Source: a virus
Lineage: Duplodnaviria > Caudoviricetes
Length of the DNA: 28,459 bases
IMG/VR virus record: IMGVR_UViG_3300049009_000331
Coordinates: 1-28,459 of that record
Strand: one strand, 5' to 3'
Every line of letters begins with the position of its first letter. The first letter of the stretch is position 1. The notes under the pieces are model-generated. The model was given only the letters and a program-made list of their open reading frames with translations. It made no database searches and was not told the DNA's origin. This document shows positions 1 through 7,497 of the stretch, one piece after another. The translations under genes were made by a program, and so were the position numbers.

Positions 1-30
1 TGTCTGTGTCTCGGTTAAGGTGTAACTCAT
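1..30 (-). CDS. 5' end of a gene running off the window (MSYTLTETQT...), probably terminase large subunit
   Basis: ATG at 30-28 overlaps the TGA stop of the upstream small-terminase-like gene (ATGA coupling). The identity is inferred from position only. Confidence 0.45.
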   Translation of the reverse strand, partial: MSYTLTETQT

Positions 31-332
31 TCAGCCTTTGGCTCGGTGCGAATAATCACAAGCGGCTCGGTGGTAGTGATGTTGGTGTCGGTGGTTTGCT
101 TTGGCTTGCCGTAGCCACGATCAAGTAGCATCTCCGCCGCCTTGATGTCGCCCTTCAATGCCTTGGCTTCAATCGCCTTAAGGATGCGCTCAGCAGCCGT
201 CAAGCCGTTCTTCTCATCGCCAAGGATGTCGGCCATGATTTTGTTCAGCTCGGGTAGCTTCTTGGGTCTCCCATTGGGATTGCCCGTCTGCCCCTTCTTG
301 AACTTATGCTTCTCAATGTCCTTGGCCGCCAT
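27..332 (-). CDS. Putative terminase small subunit (DUF5681-type)
   Basis: FKKGQTGNPNGRPKK N-terminal motif and KALKGDIKAAEMLLDRGYGKP helical segment, both typical of phage small terminases; 101 aa. Confidence 0.75.
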   Translation of the reverse strand: MAAKDIEKHKFKKGQTGNPNGRPKKLPELNKIMADILGDEKNGLTAAERILKAIEAKALKGDIKAAEMLLDRGYGKPKQTTDTNITTTEPLVIIRTEPKAE

Positions 333-353
333 TGTGCTGTATTTGTGCTGTAT
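332..353. repeat. Perfect tandem 11-bp repeat TTGTGCTGTAT x2 upstream of the small terminase gene
   Basis: Copies at 332-342 and 343-353 fill the intergenic gap. Confidence 0.8.
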
Positions 354-667
354 TAATCGTACTCCACCAACTCTGCATCAGAGTCAGTGTTCTCCTTGAT
401 TTTGTTGTATTGTTCCTCGTTGTTGTCGTAGTGCATCTCAATGCCTAAGCGTTGAATCGTCTTCCACTTATCCTCGCCGTTGGTGAAGTAAACTCTCAAC
501 CTCGGGATGCCGAGCTCTCGTGCAATTGCATAAACTTCTGCCGCCATGCGTTCCTCGTTTCTTGCCGTGATGATGTAAACACGATCACCATTGGCAATCT
601 TCCTGCGAGCAAGAGCCATTCCTTGTGGTGTGTCAAGTACTCCATCAACATCGAAAGATATCTTCAT
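353..667 (-). CDS. Small capless HAD-superfamily hydrolase/phosphatase-like protein
   Basis: HAD motif I (ISFDVDGVL), motif II (IITAR), Lys (EDKW) and an acidic motif IV-like segment (HYDNNE). Confidence 0.7.
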   Translation of the reverse strand: MKISFDVDGVLDTPQGMALARRKIANGDRVYIITARNEERMAAEVYAIARELGIPRLRVYFTNGEDKWKTIQRLGIEMHYDNNEEQYNKIKENTDSDAELVEYD

Positions 668-795
668 CGCTTCTTAAATTTAGATGCTTCTGCATTGGCT
701 ATTGCCACCGCTTGCTGAGGCGAGTATCCTTCATCGATAAGCTTCTTGATGTTCATCTGAATGATGGCAGGCGAGTCTCCTTGGAATAGTGGCAT
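664..795 (-). CDS. 43-aa small phage protein MPLFQGDSPAIIQMNIKKLIDEGYSPQQAVAIANAEASKFKKR (not in the ORF track)
   Basis: Hand-translated; ATG 795-793, TGA 666-664 overlapping the next ATG. Resembles the common small phage protein pattern MPL..G.S...I..NI..L..EG....QAVAIA. Confidence 0.75.
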   Translation of the reverse strand: MPLFQGDSPAIIQMNIKKLIDEGYSPQQAVAIANAEASKFKKR

Positions 796-797
796 GA

Positions 798-1097
798 TTA
801 CAAAGATAGTGTTTTGCTGCGTTTGATTTCGTCCTCTGTCAATTTCAATCTTACAACCTTGTTGTAGATGATAACATCGGCAGTGAAGTAGCCTTCATCA
901 TTCTGCTTGAGTGATCCGATTAGATATTCATTCGGCACTTCCATCTGAATGTCTTCCGATGCTTCCATTATCTTCTGCATGGCTTTCACCTTGAATGTCA
1001 CCTCAACATCTTGCAATGATCCGATTGGAGTCAAGTACCCAGTGAAGGTATCATCTTGGATGCGCATGTATCCACTTCGCCATCTATTAGCAGCCAT
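798..1097 (-). CDS. Hypothetical protein (99 aa, probable start MAANRW)
   Basis: Open frame in the phage operon with an A-rich region before the ATG at 1097. Confidence 0.6.
   Translation of the reverse strand: MAANRWRSGYMRIQDDTFTGYLTPIGSLQDVEVTFKVKAMQKIMEASEDIQMEVPNEYLIGSLKQNDEGYFTADVIIYNKVVRLKLTEDEIKRSKTLSL
801..808 (-). promoter_or_regulatory. Bacteroidota -7 promoter element TATCTTTG, 5 nt before the ATG at 795
   Basis: Matches TAnnTTTG; no clear -33 element. Confidence 0.5.
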
Positions 1098-1263
1098 GTA
1101 ATTTAGTTTTATATTGTTCCAGGTATGCGTACACAAGTCGCTTGATGTCTTCCTTCTTGCTCTTTGGTATGCGCAGGGTCACGTTGCAAGTCTCTTCGCC
1201 GTACTTAAACGGCGGCCCTGCTCCTGCTCTCTTGCCGCCTCTGCGCTCAATCTTCTGTTCCAT
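1087..1263 (-). CDS. Small DNA-binding protein, ribbon-helix-helix (Arc/CopG-like) with a basic N-terminal arm
   Basis: RRGGKRAGAG arm followed by a beta-strand (NVTLRIP) and helices; 58 aa from the ATG at 1263. Confidence 0.6.
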   Translation of the reverse strand: MEQKIERRGGKRAGAGPPFKYGEETCNVTLRIPKSKKEDIKRLVYAYLEQYKTKLHGC

Positions 1264-1501
1264 TGGGCGCAAAGATAGGAATTAACTTTTGATTGTGCAA
1301 TTTTAATGTCTTAATCCATTTAGCACATCGGCTTAGGTAGTAGGTGTAGACGATGCTGTCGGGGTTGGCATTGACTAAATGCTGTCTGAAGCTCTCATGC
1401 GTGCGCTGTGTTGAATGATATGTCACGCAGCCATCGACAATCTTACCTTCAATCGGATAGTAGTCGCACATGGTCTTTATTATCTTCTCTTCTGTCGTCA
1501 T
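1247..1501 (-). CDS. Hypothetical protein (84 aa)
   Basis: ATGA-coupled to the VRR-NUC gene. Confidence 0.6.
   Translation of the reverse strand: MTTEEKIIKTMCDYYPIEGKIVDGCVTYHSTQRTHESFRQHLVNANPDSIVYTYYLSRCAKWIKTLKLHNQKLIPIFAPNGTED
1270..1300 (-). promoter_or_regulatory. Bacteroidota-type promoter TTG-N20-TATCTTTG upstream of the RHH gene
   Basis: -7 element at 1277-1270, -33 TTG at 1300-1298; 6 nt before the ATG at 1263. Confidence 0.55.
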
Positions 1502-1821
1502 GCGTTTATGATGTTTAAAAATTCTGCTTCACTTCTTACAATGTGATACTCATGCCCCAGTGATCGGCAAAGCTTCTCGAATGACACTTGTTGAGGTGAC
1601 TGTCTTCCTGTTTCTGTCTTCCACTCAATCCAACAAGTCTTGCCTTCTGGCTTGAGGTAGCACATGTCGGCAACTCCTGCGATGACTCCCATCGCTTTAT
1701 TCATTGCTCCCTTGATGCCGTTTATGGAGTTGTTATTGATGGCGAATATGCGGCCACGTAGGTCTGGGCGTGCGTTCCAAAGGTTTTGGAATGCTCTCGC
1801 TTGGGTTGCAACCTCACTCAT
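1498..1821 (-). CDS. VRR-NUC domain nuclease (Holliday junction resolvase-like)
   Basis: GVIAGVAD...WIEWKTETGRQSPQQ is the PD-(D/E)xK VRR-NUC signature; 107 aa. Confidence 0.85.
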   Translation of the reverse strand: MSEVATQARAFQNLWNARPDLRGRIFAINNNSINGIKGAMNKAMGVIAGVADMCYLKPEGKTCWIEWKTETGRQSPQQVSFEKLCRSLGHEYHIVRSEAEFLNIINA

Positions 1822-1824
1822 AAA

Positions 1825-2106
1825 TGTTGCAGCTTACTTTGAAGGTGCAACAAATTTAAACAAGGCTGCAACACCTCAACCCTTAGAGCATCTAAGGTTG
1901 TAGCGATTTGTTGCAGCTTGGTGTAAAAAAACACCCTTTTAGTACCTAACGTGTGTGCGTGCGTGTGCATAATATGTGTGTGTGTATATAGTTATGTTAA
2001 TTATTAGAATTTAGGGTGTAAGCTGCAACAAACGTCTGAACGGCTTGGTAGCATTGAGCAATATTGTTGCAGCTTTGAAAATAGTAAGCTGCAACAAGCT
2101 GCAACA
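1825..2106. repeat. Iteron-like 10-bp repeat cluster (TGTTGCAGCT/AGCTGCAACA), putative replication origin
   Basis: Exact copies at 1825, 1909, 2065 (forward) and 2021, 2087, 2097 (reverse); one-mismatch copies at 1843 and 1864. An alternating purine-pyrimidine tract (about 1949-1990) and an AT-rich patch (about 1985-2012) lie in the centre. The cluster is directly downstream of the primase-helicase. Confidence 0.7.
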
Positions 2107-2107
2107 A

Positions 2108-4237
2108 TTAAGGCATCGGATTACGATCAACGTAGTACATCATAACGATGGAATGCCCTTGTCTCTTGCGATCCTTCTTGTATCCAAGGGATGTGAGTAT
2201 AGAGCCAATGCGCTGAGTGTTGAGGTAGTTAAACTTTGTATCCATCATCAAGAACTGTTGTATCTCAGTAAGTGACATCCACTCACCATACAAAGTTGCA
2301 GGCTTTAGCTTTTTATGTATTAGGTCATCCTCAGGAGTTGATACCTTGTACATCTCGGTTGCAGCGTTAAGCTTTAAGATGTCATCGCCAAGCAGCTTGT
2401 AGTTGGCTCCCATCTGGAACATGCAGAAGAGCTCGCGCCATAAGCCATCCTTGTCGCACTGGTTGTATAGGTCTTGGTCAATGTCAAGGATATGGATTGG
2501 CATGATGCGCCTGTTGCCTGTTGGATCACTAAGTATCTGCATCTCGTTTGATGTACCGCAGAATACTGCGAGTCTTTTTAAATCTGTCGACACTCTGCCA
2601 TAAGGCTCGCGCACGTTTATAAATTCTTTGGATGTGAGCTCCTTCATTCGCTTCTCTTCGCGCTTTGACTTTCCGCCGTACTCGTCATCATTGATTATGA
2701 TTTTGCCGCACATAAGAATCTCGTCATCCTTTCCTGCATCCATCTTGGACTCCGCGTATAGGTAACGGATTGGCTTTGGAAGGATATATCGGAACCAATG
2801 CGTCTTACCAGTGCCTTGCTTCTCTCCGCAGAAGACAAGCACAAGCTCTGACTTATGACCGTAAGCAGATGCGACTATTGAAAGCAGCCAAGTAAGTATG
2901 AAGAAGTCGGCATGCTCAGTGTCGGTGTTTACGCTGCTAAGTAGTAGCTGAATGTTCGGCCATTGGTCGTTGTTGTACTCATACAATTGTTCTTCAAAGA
3001 ACTCATGCAATGGGTTGTATGTTGGTATGCGATTGGAGAATATTATCGATGTGACCAGGTCTTTGTTGGACTCCTTGAATACTGCTTTTGTATCAAGGAA
3101 CATTGAGTTAATGTCACTATCATCGATTGCCCTGCCGTTAAGTTCAATCTTTCGAGTGATAAGATTCTTCTTAAGGTCGAATGTATTAATGTATGCAGCA
3201 ATGTCCTCGCTTACCGACTCTGATTTAAATTTGATATCCTTGCTTACTATCTGCTCAACTATTTCTGTCGACTCTTCCGCACTGAAGCCCCCTTGTTTTT
3301 CAAGTGTCTCGATTATGGCTTCCTTCGATAGCCCTGCCGCCTTTTGCGAGGTGGTGAATCTCGCAATTGCCTTGGTGTGCTCTGAGTAGATGTCGATGCC
3401 GTTCTGCTTAGCGTGGTAGTATATTGTGCCGATTGTCGACTTCTTGCCTTTTGTTTCGCTGTGATTCTTAAGGCAAGCGGTGAACTGGCTGTCGCAGTCC
3501 AGTGAGTTGTACTTCGAGCTGTGCGAAGATAAGGTGTGAAAGTAGTCGCGGCCTTGCTCTTGGAACTCTTGCACAAGGGCATAGCAGATGCGCACCCAAT
3601 CGGAGTAGTCTTCGCATAGGTTGATGCCTTTCTCATCCATCTGCTTTATCATTGCATCAAAGTCGGTTTTAATTACCATTACTTTTGGATGCTTGGGCTC
3701 TTTCTTTTTAGGTAGGTACTTCTTGAATATTGCTGATTTGGTATTAAGCAGCATGAATGGATCGTAAGAAACGAATCGAGCACGGGATACATTCTTTCCG
3801 GACTGATCTACGATAAGCTGATACTCGCTGTAAAGGTATGCAGCAATGCCATTGAAGGCATCGAGGTGACGAGTGCCGTCAATCTTTACAATAAGGCATA
3901 GGCCGTTGCCTCCGATAGATAGAAATGCAGCATAGAGATAGTGGTCAGCACCTATGCGGTCCTTGGTGGCTTGAGCATCTTCAAGGTTGTCGATGTCGAT
4001 GGCAATGAATCCTGAGTGCTGTCGGATTGCATCATCCTTGCGAGCGGAGAATGAGCCGCTGATGGTAACCAGTGGAGCGGTTTTCTTCTTAAGGTCTTTA
4101 ATTTCTTTTGTTGGTGCATTGCGCACATCGAATACTATGTCTTGCCATTTGCCTGACTGTACTCCTTCGAGAAAGCTTGCAAGTTCGATGTCGGTGTCTT
4201 GGGAATCATGAATGTTCTTATAGGAGGATATCAGCAT
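2108..4237 (-). CDS. DNA primase-helicase (BT4734-like/VirE N-terminal primase domain, PriCT-2 domain, VirE/VapE P-loop domain)
   Basis: SGFIAIDID and FLSIGGNGL primase motifs, YSDWVRICYAL PriCT-2 motif, Walker A GEKQGTGKT, Walker B IIINDDE, and RxPYG/DPTGNRR motifs typical of VirE. Confidence 0.9.
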   Translation of the reverse strand: MLISSYKNIHDSQDTDIELASFLEGVQSGKWQDIVFDVRNAPTKEIKDLKKKTAPLVTISGSFSARKDDAIRQHSGFIAIDIDNLEDAQATKDRIGADHYLYAAFLSIGGNGLCLIVKIDGTRHLDAFNGIAAYLYSEYQLIVDQSGKNVSRARFVSYDPFMLLNTKSAIFKKYLPKKKEPKHPKVMVIKTDFDAMIKQMDEKGINLCEDYSDWVRICYALVQEFQEQGRDYFHTLSSHSSKYNSLDCDSQFTACLKNHSETKGKKSTIGTIYYHAKQNGIDIYSEHTKAIARFTTSQKAAGLSKEAIIETLEKQGGFSAEESTEIVEQIVSKDIKFKSESVSEDIAAYINTFDLKKNLITRKIELNGRAIDDSDINSMFLDTKAVFKESNKDLVTSIIFSNRIPTYNPLHEFFEEQLYEYNNDQWPNIQLLLSSVNTDTEHADFFILTWLLSIVASAYGHKSELVLVFCGEKQGTGKTHWFRYILPKPIRYLYAESKMDAGKDDEILMCGKIIINDDEYGGKSKREEKRMKELTSKEFINVREPYGRVSTDLKRLAVFCGTSNEMQILSDPTGNRRIMPIHILDIDQDLYNQCDKDGLWRELFCMFQMGANYKLLGDDILKLNAATEMYKVSTPEDDLIHKKLKPATLYGEWMSLTEIQQFLMMDTKFNYLNTQRIGSILTSLGYKKDRKRQGHSIVMMYYVDRNPMP

Positions 4238-6584
4238 TATATATTGATTTTAGGGTTGTTTTTAGTTTCTCATCAGCCAAGTCTTTGTGGAAGCGGTTGA
4301 ATTTCCTGTTGCGTTCATGACACCAGAGCCTCGCAATTTCGTAATTCTTTTTTGCAATATGTTGGTAGTTGTCTGCATTTAATTTCTTGATGTTCTTTTT
4401 TGCAAGCAGGGCAACATGTTCGATGGCTACGAACAGGGATCGGTATTCCTTGTGGTGCTCGTTCATAGCGATGAGCTTCTTGATGTCCACGCTGTCGGTC
4501 ATTAGGATAAAGTCCTCAATGCCTTGATCAAGGACTATCTTCTTGGGGAAGACGTGGCCGCAATAGCATTCCATCTTCGATGTGTGCAATAACGCTGCAC
4601 ACTTGGGGCACTCTTTTACGGGAGCAACTCCTGCGCCTGGCTTCTTGGGATTGTGGAAGATATCCTCCCAATTTCGGGAAGCAGCCCATGAGCCGTGCGT
4701 CATGCAATTACCACCAAGGTCGATGATGGTGAATGCAAGCTTTATTGGATGCGGCCTTGCACCTCTGCCGCACATCTGAAGCCATAAGGGCATCGATGCT
4801 GTTGCCTTGTTAACGATGACGGTCTCGATGTCGGGTTGGTCGAAGCCTGTTGTTGCAATTCCGATGTTGTTAAGGATGGCATCTGGAGTATTTGCGAACC
4901 ACTCGAGTGTCTCAACGCGATCTGTTGAGGTAGCATCGAGATGGCGCGAGTTGAATCCTGCTTCGATGAATGCGGCATTTACTGCTTGCGAGTGCTCGAC
5001 ATTGCAATTGAAGATGATTGTCTTGCGCCCGAGTGAATGCTTTTGGTAGGCTTTGAGAGTGGTGTCGATGTACTTGGGCTCTTTGTACATTGCGCCCATC
5101 TGTGCTTGGTCGAAGTCGCCTGCTTTCATTTTTAGCTTAGCACGTTCCACAATGGATGATGATGAATAGGTCTGCTCAGGGCAAAGAAAGCCTTGCTCTA
5201 TGAGCTCGGGGATGTCGATGCCGCACACGATGTCATCGAAGTAGTTGCGAAGTGGATTGGTCTTCTTGGCGGCGAGTGGAGTGGCAGTGAAGCCGATGAT
5301 GTACTGCTCCTTGAAGTGGTCAATCACCTTGGTGAAGTTGCCGATGTGGCAATTATGCACAAGAACACCATTAGCAAAATAATTGTTATTGCCTTCTACT
5401 TCTATATTGTAGACAAAGTTTGAATTACTTTTGCTATCTGTTTCACATCGTTTAAAATCTCCTTGTTGGTAAATCTCAATACTTTGTACCCTTTGCTTTG
5501 AAGGAACTCTTGTTTTCTCTTGTCTTTCTTTTGAACAGTTAAAGAGAGGTGATTTCCCCCATCCACCTCTATTGCTATCTTCTTTTGAGGAAAACCTAAA
5601 TCTATTTTGTAATGATGAGGCTGATAACCATTTCCAGTAACAATAACTAATTCTGGAAACCAACCTTCTCCAAGTTCTTGTAAAAGCATTTTTTGTGGTA
5701 CTGTCATTCCCCTTCCATTGCCACCTTGAATTATTGGTTTGTGTCCAATCCTTTTCAAACTTTCTTTCATTTTTAAAAGAGTATCTGGATTCATCATTGG
5801 ATTTTTTAAGGTCATTCTTTCTGAGTGCATTTTTGCATAATAATACCCCTTGCAAGATGAAGAACAAAAAGTTGTTCCATTTTTTTTGTGTTTCCACATC
5901 CTCGATTTCCAAGCTCCTTCCGAATAATTTTCTTTTTTCAGTGTAAGATTGCAGCGTGTGCAGTTTATTGAGTCCATAAGTTAAATCATTTATTTGTAAA
6001 TCTTTTGCAGGAATATATCCTTTTCCTTCTACAAAGATAGGGTGTTCTTGTGTGCATACAAACGACGCACAAGAGAAATTTATTAACAATAAATCATTAT
6101 AAGTTTCTTTTTTAGAAGTAGCAATTACTTTTCTTTTTTCAATTAATCCAGTGCTATGATTATAGCTATCAACATAATCTCCGTAAACAATATCTTCAAT
6201 ATTTTTACCCGAAACTTTTGTTCCTGCTATAAAGCATTCATCTACTATTACCATTCCGATGTTCTCGAATAGATGCAGCCGCTTGTGAGCTGACTCCACC
6301 ATTGCGACATACACGCGAGCAGGCGGTATGTTCTTCATTCCGGCAACAACTTTCTGCACTGGAAGTCGAATGGCTTTGGCCGCTTGTGTGAGCAGTTCTT
6401 CTCGGTGAACTAAGATGAGCACATCTTGTGTGCTTCGAGCGCAGTAGCGGTCACATATCTCCGCGAAGCATACTGTCTTGCCTCCACCTGTTGCGAGCTG
6501 AGCAACCACCTTTCGATGGATGCGCAGCTTCGCAGAGATGTTGTTGATGAAGCGTTCTTGGTATTCTCTTAGTTGCAGCATCAC
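4218..6584 (-). CDS. SF2 DEAD/DEAH-box helicase (RadD/UvsW-like) precursor containing an intein; about 493 aa after splicing
   Basis: Q-motif LREYQ, motif I LATGGGKT, motif II DE/CH split by the intein, motif III TAT, motif VI QMCGRGAR, and a C-terminal CPKC...CYC zinc finger. Confidence 0.92.
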   Translation of the reverse strand: MMLQLREYQERFINNISAKLRIHRKVVAQLATGGGKTVCFAEICDRYCARSTQDVLILVHREELLTQAAKAIRLPVQKVVAGMKNIPPARVYVAMVESAHKRLHLFENIGMVIVDECFIAGTKVSGKNIEDIVYGDYVDSYNHSTGLIEKRKVIATSKKETYNDLLLINFSCASFVCTQEHPIFVEGKGYIPAKDLQINDLTYGLNKLHTLQSYTEKRKLFGRSLEIEDVETQKKWNNFLFFILQGVLLCKNALRKNDLKKSNDESRYSFKNERKFEKDWTQTNNSRWQWKGNDSTTKNAFTRTWRRLVSRISYCYWKWLSASSLQNRFRFSSKEDSNRGGWGKSPLFNCSKERQEKTRVPSKQRVQSIEIYQQGDFKRCETDSKSNSNFVYNIEVEGNNNYFANGVLVHNCHIGNFTKVIDHFKEQYIIGFTATPLAAKKTNPLRNYFDDIVCGIDIPELIEQGFLCPEQTYSSSSIVERAKLKMKAGDFDQAQMGAMYKEPKYIDTTLKAYQKHSLGRKTIIFNCNVEHSQAVNAAFIEAGFNSRHLDATSTDRVETLEWFANTPDAILNNIGIATTGFDQPDIETVIVNKATASMPLWLQMCGRGARPHPIKLAFTIIDLGGNCMTHGSWAASRNWEDIFHNPKKPGAGVAPVKECPKCAALLHTSKMECYCGHVFPKKIVLDQGIEDFILMTDSVDIKKLIAMNEHHKEYRSLFVAIEHVALLAKKNIKKLNADNYQHIAKKNYEIARLWCHERNRKFNRFHKDLADEKLKTTLKSIYNADILL
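5402..5977 (-). CDS. Vsr/DUF559-family endonuclease (putative homing endonuclease) nested in the +1 frame inside the intein
   Basis: 191 aa: CxxC...FCSSSC Zn finger, NUMOD3-like NPMMNPDTLLKMKESLK, and a Vsr-like catalytic core YKIDLGF...IAIEVDGGNH...KDKRKQEFLQSKGYKVLRFTN. Confidence 0.88.
   Translation of the reverse strand: MDSINCTRCNLTLKKENYSEGAWKSRMWKHKKNGTTFCSSSCKGYYYAKMHSERMTLKNPMMNPDTLLKMKESLKRIGHKPIIQGGNGRGMTVPQKMLLQELGEGWFPELVIVTGNGYQPHHYKIDLGFPQKKIAIEVDGGNHLSLTVQKKDKRKQEFLQSKGYKVLRFTNKEILNDVKQIAKVIQTLSTI
6032..6062 (-). promoter_or_regulatory. Consensus Bacteroidota promoter TTTG-N19-TATCTTTG inside the intein block-B codons, 54 nt upstream of the nested endonuclease ATG
   Basis: Minus strand reads TTTG TATGCACACAAGAACACCC TATCTTTG, which also encodes FVCTQEHPIFV. 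Confidence 0.65.
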
Positions 6585-6805
6585 TCGTAGGTTGAGGTGT
6601 AGTAAATTGCAGAGCTGCGATTGTAGTACTTTGGAACTCGAGTCTGTTGGTCTGTTCTTCCATCGCGATAAGCTTCAACTATCTGATCTCTTTCTTTTTC
6701 TTTGGCTTGGTCGAAAATAACTGTGTTCTTAATGTCAATCTTAACGTGGTGTTGTTCCAATTGCTCAACCAACCATTCAACTGCTGTTTGCTTTTTAGTT
6801 TCCAT
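6581..6805 (-). CDS. Small phage protein, KQTAVEWL family (74 aa)
   Basis: METKKQTAVEWL...FDQAKEKERDQIVEAY; paralog of the adjacent gene. Confidence 0.75.
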   Translation of the reverse strand: METKKQTAVEWLVEQLEQHHVKIDIKNTVIFDQAKEKERDQIVEAYRDGRTDQQTRVPKYYNRSSAIYYTSTYE

Positions 6806-7031
6806 AGGTTTCGTTGTAGTATTTTTCTGCTTCTTTTCTATATGCTGATTCAATCCAAGTATAATATTCAGGCTCGTTTACAACTGCGCCCTTTCTAAAT
6901 GATTGAATCATCTGCTCTTTTTCCATTGCGAGTGCTTGGTCAAATAAATCCAAAAATTGTGGACCAATATCGCTGCTTAACTTATTAGTCATGGCAATAA
7001 GTAACCAATGAACTGCTGTTTGCTTTTTCAT
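6795..7031 (-). CDS. Small phage protein, KQTAV.WL family paralog (78 aa)
   Basis: MKKQTAVHWL...FDQALAMEKEQMIQSF...AEKYYNETY. Shares an 18-bp identical DNA stretch with its neighbour (6779-6796 and 7011-7028). Confidence 0.75.
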   Translation of the reverse strand: MKKQTAVHWLLIAMTNKLSSDIGPQFLDLFDQALAMEKEQMIQSFRKGAVVNEPEYYTWIESAYRKEAEKYYNETYGN

Positions 7032-7243
7032 AATTTCTCAATTTGTTGTTTAACTTGTTTCCAATAACTATCCGAAAATTCATCAACATCTTTTCCTGCA
7101 TTAATTATCTCATCAACTGCAATCAATCCACATTGCTTAATAATTTCCTTCCTAATAAATCTATTAATTACACTTGATATTTGATGTAATCCTTCTTTAT
7201 TAAATCTTTCGAATAACTCTTTTGCTTTTTCTTTCGGGCTCAT
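7028..7243 (-). CDS. Small phage protein (MSPKEKAKEL type), AT-rich
   Basis: Start and stop overlap both neighbouring genes; 71 aa. Confidence 0.75.
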   Translation of the reverse strand: MSPKEKAKELFERFNKEGLHQISSVINRFIRKEIIKQCGLIAVDEIINAGKDVDEFSDSYWKQVKQQIEKL

Positions 7244-7497
7244 TGATACTTCTTTTTATATAACTGCTCACCCACGGGCTTTCCGAGGGAGATGTTGCCG
7301 CGAGTAATTTCCTGAGCACATTCGTTGCAGATGTCGATAAGCATCTGCTTTTCGTTTGGCAGTTCGGTCTCGCAGAATATTGCAATGTGCTCATAGACTA
7401 GTGCCATTGCCAGAGCGTATGGCTCAGTAGATTGGCGAAACTCTTGCGCTCCATTTTTGCAGAGCTGCTGTACTTTTTTCAAGGAAGTCGATGTCAT
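7240..7497 (-). CDS. Hypothetical protein (85 aa)
   Basis: In the operon; its C-terminus EKQMLID...GEQLYKKKY resembles the neighbouring small proteins. Confidence 0.6.
   Translation of the reverse strand: MTSTSLKKVQQLCKNGAQEFRQSTEPYALAMALVYEHIAIFCETELPNEKQMLIDICNECAQEITRGNISLGKPVGEQLYKKKYQ

Larger units (their letters stand above)
5352..6236 (-). mobile_element. Intein (295 aa, helicase residues 117-411) inserted in motif II (DE^CH)
   Basis: Block A CFIAGTKV, block B CTQEHPIFV, block F VYNIEVEGNNNYFANG, block G VLVHN followed by Cys+1. Markedly more AT-rich than the flanking helicase DNA. Confidence 0.95.

Noticed and set aside
1962-2002. dif-like arms CGTGTGCATAA and TTATGTTAATT
   Set aside because: They resemble XerC/XerD half-sites but are 19 nt apart instead of 6-8, so they would not be functional as written. 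Probably coincidental within the low-complexity origin tract.
1825-2106. Repeat cluster as a CRISPR array
   Set aside because: The repeats are only 10 bp, in both orientations and irregularly spaced, and there are no cas genes.
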